Assembly (NCBI GenBank): GCA_002269645.1 | Contig: NIVC01002566.1 | Coordinates: 1 to 64,000 of the forward strand | DNA length: 64,000 nucleotides | Reading direction: 5' to 3' | DNA from: Macrostomum lignano | Lineage: Eukaryota | Shown: positions 56,560 through 64,000 of the stretch, in pieces | How positions within the stretch are numbered: position 1 is the first letter of the stretch | How the letters are laid out: the number at the start of each line of letters is the position of its first letter | Position numbers and translations under genes: made by a program | The notes under the pieces: generated by a model | Database searches by the model: none | The model's input: the letters and a program-made list of their open reading frames with translations, nothing else | Told to the model about the DNA's origin: nothing

Positions 56560-59500
56560 TTAGTCGGTTTTGAAGACAGTCTTATAGCTGAGCCGGTGGT
56601 AAGCCAGCATCTGGTGAGTGTGAGCCCGTTCTCGCACGGCCAAATCAAGCAGGTCTCGGTCGCATTTCAGCGCCACAGACAGGAAGCACTGGCAGGTGAA
56701 CAGGCAGCCCAGACCGATGGCCGTGGCAATGGCCAGTGCTGCCAGCATCTGCCGCAGCACCATGGCAGTGCGCCAGCGATCAGTCCGATAGGGCCCGAGC
56801 CTTTCCGGCACGCCGCAGTCGGTGCCGCCACCGTGGCACCAGTCCGACTCGAAGCCGTGGCCGAGGCATTCCAGGCCCAAGCAGGCACTGCGAATTGAGA
56901 CGCGAGTGAGACTCAGGTTTTCACTATGTATTTGCGGCATATCACATGCGTATTGATGAAATACGAATTGCCCACTTTGCTCAACCTTTGCTTATCGAGG
57001 GAGGCTGTAGCCTAGTGGTTAGAGCGACTGAGAGGTCGCACTCGGAACAATTTGTGACCTTGAGCAAGACACTGAAATCTGTATTGCTTCAGTTCACCCA
57101 GCTGTAAAATGGGTGCCAGCATTAGCTGGGGTAATTGAGGCTGTGTGTGTGGCGACCCCCCAGTCCTTGGACTGAACAGCCGTACGCAGCTTTCAGGTGC
57201 GCCGCGAAATTTAGTTGCATCGTTAGGCATGCAGACACCCTGAAAGTACTCCGAAAGGAATGGAACCTTGGGTACTTTGGTTGTCACATTTGGACCAGTT
57301 GCTGTTAACCCCATACAATATTCCGGACGCCCGCCGACTTTACCAACGTGCATGTACCCGACGTTGATAGACGCTTATGGCGAATTGGTACTCTAGTATC
57401 GACGTATGGGACATACAAAAACTTTTCACTTTTACTTATTTTGCAAATTATTATTTTTTCACCCATCTAAGATACTCAATTCGGGCCAAAGATTGCTCAA
57501 ATCAATGCACGGCTGGTTCAGACCAATTTTAAATGACCAGTGGAGCTTCCAACGGTAATTTGAACCGGCCTTGACTACATGCATCTGCCAATGGAAGTAA
57601 TGCAAAAGAAATTGGTAGTTTATCTTGAGGCTCGTGTTTCCCAAACGATTTTTTCACAAAATTGGCTGCTCAATCACGGATGTGCAAGCCGTGTGATCAC
57701 GCGCGATCAGTCTTTTGATTGTGATGTGCACTTTGAATGAGCCTATAGATCGAACCACAGCCGCAAAGAGGCGACATCAATTACCTGGAAATTACCCTCT
57801 TCGCGCATACGCACTCGCTCGCTAACCAAGGATGAATTCCTGACTGAAGACTACAATGGAGCATGGCTAAACTTCAAAAATGTGGCCAAGTAGTTTGAAC
57901 AAAGTATTCGAGATTCGAACCCCAAATAACATATTATAGCATAGAACTAGAAAACATAGAAAAAGGGAGGGAATTTGAACCAGCGTTAATGCTCACGTAG
58001 GTTTTCTACGAAGACTTTCTGAACCTTGGCGGTTGGCCAAGAATTAAAAAAAGCCGCAGAAAAGTCACTGCTTTAAAAAAAATAACTTCTATAACAACGC
58101 ACCGACTGCGATGCCGCTCGCGTCTGTCTCCGCAGTCCGGATCGCAGGAGCTCCACGGTCCCCAAACTGACCAGAGCCCGCGACGGAACTGACACTTTGG
58201 GCCGTAGTGCGTAGCTGGGCACTGGCAGATGGCCTCGCCTCTGCTTGATACGCAGTCTCCGACTTCGCAAGGCAAAGACATGCACGGATCGTGGCGAAGC
58301 TGACAGTTGGGATCTCGTCCCTCGACGGACTGTTATGTAATGACGATCGAGCATAACTTTGAGACTGATTGGTGATCACTGATTGGGTGATGACACGCAG
58401 GGGTAACCAGAGGAACCAAGCAGTATAGCGGGAATCGACAAACTGCCGCGGACCACATGTGGCCATCGAAGCCTTTCTACCCGGCCCTCGGAACTTTTGA
58501 AACTTCAATCCGGCCCAGTAACGTTTTATGTATCTTCTCCACTCTCTTCTCTCTCTCTCTCTCTCTCTCCTCTCTTCCCTCTTCTTTCCTCTGATCTTTT
58601 CTCGTATATTTTTCCCATCTCTCACCTCTCCTCTCTTCTGATCTCTCATCTTCCATTCTCTCCATTTTCCACTCTCATCTGGCCCTTCATCATGATAAGC
58701 TAGATTCTCTAACTGGCCCTTGTGTTAAGAAGAAAGTCTGCCGACTCGTGCAATGAAGCTCTGGCGCCCCTGACGATGCCCTTTGCAGTTTGCACTTTGA
58801 ATATTTCTAACTTTTTTGCACGATAACTATTGCATCATCTACGACACTCTGTTGACTGTAAACACGTGACTCTTCAAACATATTTTACAAGGTAAAATAA
58901 GATCATACAATACTGAGAATACATTTTTAATAAAGGTTGCTCTTACCCCCGCACGTCTGCCACCAGTATCGATCAGCCAGCCGTTTTTGCACTGGCAGAC
59001 GAAGAGATCCGTGCCTATCACTGGCAAGCACTCGCCTCCAGCGTCCACATTGCAGGCTTGATTGCCAGTAGGCAGCCTGCCCTGTTCTGTTAACTGTCGT
59101 TCGAAGCAAGCATTTCTTTCCGTATCGCATCTTGGACCCATGAACCCGGATTTGCAATAGCATCACAATTCGTTTGTTAGCGGGTCATATTGGCAGCTTT
59201 TTGTTCCAAACATTGAGCAGGGGTTGTCCATCTGTTCGAGAGAAGTGCGCATATGCAATGGGAATAGAGAAACCTTTGGGTACAATCTAGATATTATGTA
59301 ACAAATCTTATATGGGCAACTTTAAAACTGGGCTGCCCCTCCCCAAAGTTTATATAACTCAAGTCTGTTTTCACTTACTCAGAAAAGACAAGAAAGTTTC
59401 AAATCGCTGTCAAAATTTCAAACCGAGTGAGCTTAAAAATATTAACAGTAGCATACAGTCATATCAAAACGCTGACTTACTTTGCATCTGTCATAAATGA

Positions 59501-60490
59501 CGCAGGCTCGCTTGCTGAATGACCAGGTGGCGGTTTCGATGCACGTGCACTTGAAGTCTTTGTCGTACATGCCGTCGAGGTAAACCTCGCAGTTGTCAGT
59601 CATCGTATACGCCATGTCTACGCAAGGATTGTTCCGACACGGGTTTGGGCAATAGTGATCAATGACGTCTCCTTTTAGCGACATATTGTGCAACATTCGG
59701 CAATACGAGAGCCAGAATGCGACACCGACAGAGTCAGCGCGAGTGTACAGGCCTTCGTCGACAAGTGGCCTGCGTAGAGTCGTGCTGTAGTACGTGTTAA
59801 TCTTGGTTGACATAAGTATAAGAATAAAACGCCTCCAAAAACATACTACATCAAGCGGTTCTCTACAGTGTAATGGACGCGATGTCCAGACTTTTTCTTC
59901 TTGATGAAATACTTTATCTTGTCGCATTGACTCCCAAGTTCCAACGAGAAATTCGCGAATATGATCCCGGTACAAATAACTTTCCGTAATTTTCGCTTCA
60001 TCATCGCGAATTTCGTTGCCCAATAGATTCAGTAAATCTCGATTCAAGTCGAAATCAACGCTGAGAAGTTTATTGAAAGACAGTCTAACAAGTTCTCCAA
60101 GCGAGTTTTTCTCTGGCCGATACGGCGATAGAACATCCAGGATTCAAACTTTTTTGTGGCTTCACGGTGGGCTGAAGACGATCCTACTAGGTTCATCAGC
60201 CGCATAAAACCTTTAGTTGCATGCTTGTAGAATACGACCTCGGTAGCAACCTCTCTACTCAAGCCGGTGCGCAGTACTTGGGGAAAGCCGAACTGATAGG
60301 ACCGTTTAGTGGGGTGCAGCATGTCGCCGAACGACAGCACGTGCGGATACATTCGATTCAGCTTGCCCATCGGGCGAGGCCGGAACAGCAAGTTGGCCAG
60401 CTCGTAGGTTTTTTCTTCGTCTTTCGGGTCTCGATAGATACGTCTGGCCTGCTCGGTAGCTCCTGTCGTGTCCAATGCAGTTGCTAGCAT
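56560..60490 (-). pseudogene. EGF x4 + TSP1 + transmembrane protein gene with one frameshift and one in-frame TGA
   Basis: Minus-strand exons ≥60490-59481, 59231-58947, 58329-58103 and 56887-56560 splice in frame. EGF cysteine patterns (CYCKSGFMGPRC, CQCPATHYGPKC), TSP1 WSVWGPWSSCDPDCG…RAC and hydrophobic MLAALAIATAIGLGCLF are present. TGA at 59163-59165; frameshift between ~60147 and 60047. Confidence 0.78.
57005..57213 (+). mobile_element. SINE copy, same family (head internally shortened)
   Basis: tgtagcctagtggttagagc…ccttgagcaagacact…ttcacccagctgtaaaatgggtgccagc. Confidence 0.85.
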
Positions 60491-62481
60491 ATAAAATAGC
60501 AGAGGTACTATAGCCTGAACATACTTCTTCCAGTTGAGCTTACGTACTCTTAGGCAGAATTGTTGATAACGCGACGAGTGTAAAGCTTAGTATAAGTTTT
60601 TTATAATCTTCTATTATTTAGCTTTATTTCATTTTTACTCAAAGCATGACCATAGACTAATCATGTCCACAGCAAAATCCGCTTTCCAGCAAAAAATGCT
60701 GCAACTAAAAATCTTTTTTTTGAACTATGTATGGCCTTCTATGAAAGACTTGTAAAGCTCAAGGATTACCGTTGCATGTACATGCAGTAAATTAGATTTA
60801 CAAATAAACGACCCAGTTAAGCTGCATCTGCGTCGTACATGCGCGTAATTATTGGCAATAAATAGACCTAAAGAGATAATGTATCCCCCACTTGCCCCGG
60901 GCGAACGTCTATAGTCTCAGTGTAAATTTCATTTATTTGCATCGGTGCAAATAAACGGTCTATTTCTCTGTGCAACTGCTCTTTCGATTATAAGCCATTA
61001 TATGGAATCCGATAAGGAAATACGGTACATATGCTTTATACTAAATAGACTATCACAATTGACTCTAACAAAAACACTGAACGTAGCATTTTTAATTTAG
61101 ACTATGTACATGCTACAAACACGAACTAGCCAAGAGTAGACTACTTGACTGTCCTTTGGAGCTAGCCGATTTCATTAAGTCTAGGTTCTTAGTGCATTTT
61201 TGACATTTTAACGCCCATTCTCTTTTAATATTGTTACAAAGAAAAGTTTGATTTTATAACTAAGGAAATTATACAAGTTACAGTAAAAAACGCTTTTAAA
61301 TTGTTTTAAAAACACTTCTTATCAATCTTTGTTAAGACTTATAATTGCCTAAACAACAGAAATTTAACTTCGACTTAGAAAATAATTTTCTTAACTCGTC
61401 AGTTAGTAGCTAAAACTATCTATCAGGGCTTTTTACAAGCTTATCGTCCATCCGTCAAAGCATTTTAGGCCTATTAAGTCTCATGAAAATCGGTTGAACC
61501 GTTTTTTCTTGCAAACTGTCACACCCATGATAAGACCAACTATTTTTAGTTTATGACCTATGCTATACGCCTATACTCCCTATAGGATTGTGTTATGCAC
61601 ATGCTCGACCGATTCGTTTGATATTTCTGTTCATTTTTTGTGAAGCATTTTATCAAGCCATGTATAAAGCATGTATCTTAATCTTTACAGACGTTTTTGA
61701 AAGTTCAAATTTCAAATTTTAGCTTCATTTTTATCTAGCTTTAAACTTTGAACTTCGGCAATTGTCAAGTTCCGTTCGTTAAATTATTTTGACTTTAAAA
61801 GTACTGTACAAACTATTTTAAGTACAAATAGCTATTTTAAGAGACCTAAGATTAATCAGGCCCTAATTTTATGCTTCAAAACTTGTTATAATGTATGACA
61901 CCAAAAAGCTGCAATAGTCTATGATGGCCTAATCGTTAACAAGTGAACGAGTCTTAACAGAAACAAATAAAAAGTATTATTGTTACTATGGTTTACCATA
62001 TTAACAATGCTTCAGTCAAAGATTGATTGTTTAACGATGATTGGAAATTTTGCCATAGACAATTTTTTTATATGTATTGTACCAAACATTCAATGCATGA
62101 AAAACATTAGGAATAGAAAATCATAGGAAAGCTACGCATTTTAACACATGCACTAACAAATACATGGATGAACAAAACAAAAAGCATAGATGAACTAAAT
62201 ACGCATTTTAACACAAAATGTGCATTAACAAATTGAGCATGGAAAAACATAGAATATGCATTTTTACATACGTTTAAACAAATTGAGAGCATAGAAAAAT
62301 GTAGAATATGGACTTTACACACACATGTCACCAAATTAAGCACAGAGAAACAGAATACGCATTTAAGCGCACATTTTAACAAAACCAAGCATAGAAAAAA
62401 CATAGAATGCATTTCAAATTGTGTATATTGAAACATTAAAAGCAATTAGCTAATTGTTATGATATATCAGCATTTATCAAA

Positions 62482-62844
62482 TCACATATCTGATATATCT
62501 AGTAGGGGTATATCCAAAACCGAATGGTCATCCATTGTAGGATCTTCTAAGAAACAGATGAACTCCGCTAGGTCAGCATCGCCAGCATGGTTGGTTGCAC
62601 TCAGCAGAGAAAGGAAATCCATTTCGCTTGAAGACACTCCATTAAGAGAATCAGTAGGCAGATTTTTCCAATTTATTAGATGCATTTTAGTGGTTGATGT
62701 TAAAGCAAGCAAGCTTATATCAAGCCACAGTCCCCTGCATTTCTCTAATCTATATTCACTCAATAGTCTATGGTATAGTTGGAATTGCTCCATAGTGCTT
62801 CCTATGGCAGTGTCAATGTCGTTCTCAATGTCTATGGCCAAAAC
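62482..62844 (-). CDS. Possible terminal exon of an unknown gene or TE ORF (~120 aa)
   Basis: Acceptor gcgcag| at 62845 leads in frame to VLAIDIENDID…DLAEFICFLEDP…stop. No upstream exon could be supported. Confidence 0.3.
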   Translation of the reverse strand, partial: VLAIDIENDIDTAIGSTMEQFQLYHRLLSEYRLEKCRGLWLDISLLALTSTTKMHLINWKNLPTDSLNGVSSSEMDFLSLLSATNHAGDADLAEFICFLEDPTMDDHSVLDIPLLDISDM

Positions 62845-62964
62845 CTGCGCAGTCTAGGACATTTCTGATTTGCTGAGACATCGTTAAACAATCAGCATTA
62901 AACAATGCTTCAGCATTAAACAATGCTTCTAGTCGAGTATGCTAAATGATAGTGACAATAAGTC

Positions 62965-63072
62965 TATACATATGGTACTAGAGGTAAACAATAAGCAAAA
63001 TCACAAGTGGCATAGCCGTGGCATAGCCACTCATGATTTTGCTTATTGTTTACCTCTAGTACCATATGTATA
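62965..63072. repeat. Perfect 39-bp-arm hairpin (possible tiny MITE)
   Basis: tatacatatggtactagaggtaaacaataagcaaaatca (62965-63003) is the exact reverse complement of 63034-63072, with a 30-nt partly self-complementary loop. Confidence 0.9.
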
Positions 63073-64000
63073 ATCTCCCATTGTTTATGATCAAATTGCC
63101 AATGAACAGCAAAAGCTTTACATGTTATATTAGTGGGAAATCCATAATAGGATATTTCTAAATGGCTTCACTGGGTTCAGTTGACACAACAATTCCTATA
63201 AGTATGTTTCAAATAGGGCTTGTGAAGTCCCATGCATGGTGTGCAGCATAGGGCCTAGTCTTGCTAAATTTGGGACTTTAATTTTAGTTATTTGTTTTTT
63301 GTCAACTTGTTAAAGATCATTTATGTTTAGACTTGACCATAGACCTTTTTTCAAGTCGAAAAATGTTCAAATGTTTGGGCCATAGACTAGGCCTATTGTA
63401 GCTTTCTAGTGTCAGATGCATTATAACAAGTTTTGAAGCATAGAATTAGTGGTTAATCAGGCTTAAGTCTCTTAAAAGTATTTGTTTGTACTTAAAATAG
63501 TTCATGCATACATTACTTTTCTGGAGTCAAAATAATTTAACAAACAAAAGTTGACAATTGCCTAAACTTCATATAGCTTCAAACCAACCACTGGGGCATA
63601 GGAAACATGTGAGTTTAAAACAAGGAGATTCTTTAATGTGATTGATTTTATATAAAAATTTTTGGCAATCTTTTACTTTATTGCTTTAAATTATTTTCAT
63701 GTGAAAAATAATAAAATATAAAGTCATTAATCATTAGAATATCAATGATAGTGTCTAACCTAATATAGAAAGTTCCCAAACACTTTTGGTGGCAGGAAGA
63801 GGTGGCACCACAGGTACTCATTAAGGTGGTGTCAAACGGCATCTGTATTAAGAGAAGCTGCCTTTTGTAACTGCTTTCTACATCCTGCACATTGGGCATG
63901 ACTAGACATAGCCATATATAAACTGGGATCTATCTTGCTGCTTTAGTTAATAGCTAAAGCATCTAGGCATTGTGTGCAAGCCCGGGAGTTGGATAGCAGC

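Larger units (their letters stand above)
61749..63570. repeat. Pair of ~190-bp imperfect inverted repeats (61749-61928 and 63378-63570)
   Basis: atgcttcaaaacttgttataatg / cattataacaagttttgaagcat, ctattttaagtacaaa / tttgtacttaaaatag and ggcaattgtcaa / ttgacaattgcc pair in order. Confidence 0.75.

Noticed and set aside
59163-59165. Selenocysteine or programmed readthrough TGA in the EGF gene
   Set aside because: The codon is not at a cysteine position of the EGF pattern, no SECIS was recognised, and the gene also has a frameshift.
63130-63899. Upstream exons for the 62482-62844 ORF
   Set aside because: Candidate segments contain stops in all frames tested.

Overview
Intron-containing animal (metazoan) genomic DNA that is very rich in repeats. 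A free-living flatworm is a guess only, based on a 42-nt intron, abundant minisatellites and Q-rich exons. The core of the window is a tandem cluster of highly diverged insulysin/IDE-like (peptidase M16A) genes on the + strand: the 3' end of one copy (15356-16972) and two complete 17-exon copies (gene A 18002-34184, ~1,700 aa; gene B 35438-51341, ~1,650 aa). Manual splice reconstruction shows that A and B each encode an N-N-C protein: the whole IDE N-terminal half is duplicated and spliced in frame ahead of a full N+C unit. All four N modules have lost the HxxEH zinc motif (GLA[E/Q]LC[L/H/Q]RL), so these look like enlarged pseudo-peptidases. Upstream lie a dimorphic ~183-bp satellite and an EnSpm/CACTA-type transposase paired head-to-head with a DUF4806/BEN-like gene carrying 19 AEAKAA repeats. 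Introns hold a hAT-type MITE, a foldback element containing an internally deleted Crypton-like tyrosine recombinase element, a probable solo LTR, a mariner remnant, tRNA-headed SINEs and many minisatellites. Several of the minisatellites visibly derive from their local sequence (a transposase end, a SINE head, a splice donor). Downstream are an orphan 623-aa ORF, a frameshifted fibrinogen-domain gene and a disrupted EGF/TSP1/TM gene. No CRISPR, rRNA or true tRNA gene is supported. All homology calls are by-eye motif recognition; no database search was run.
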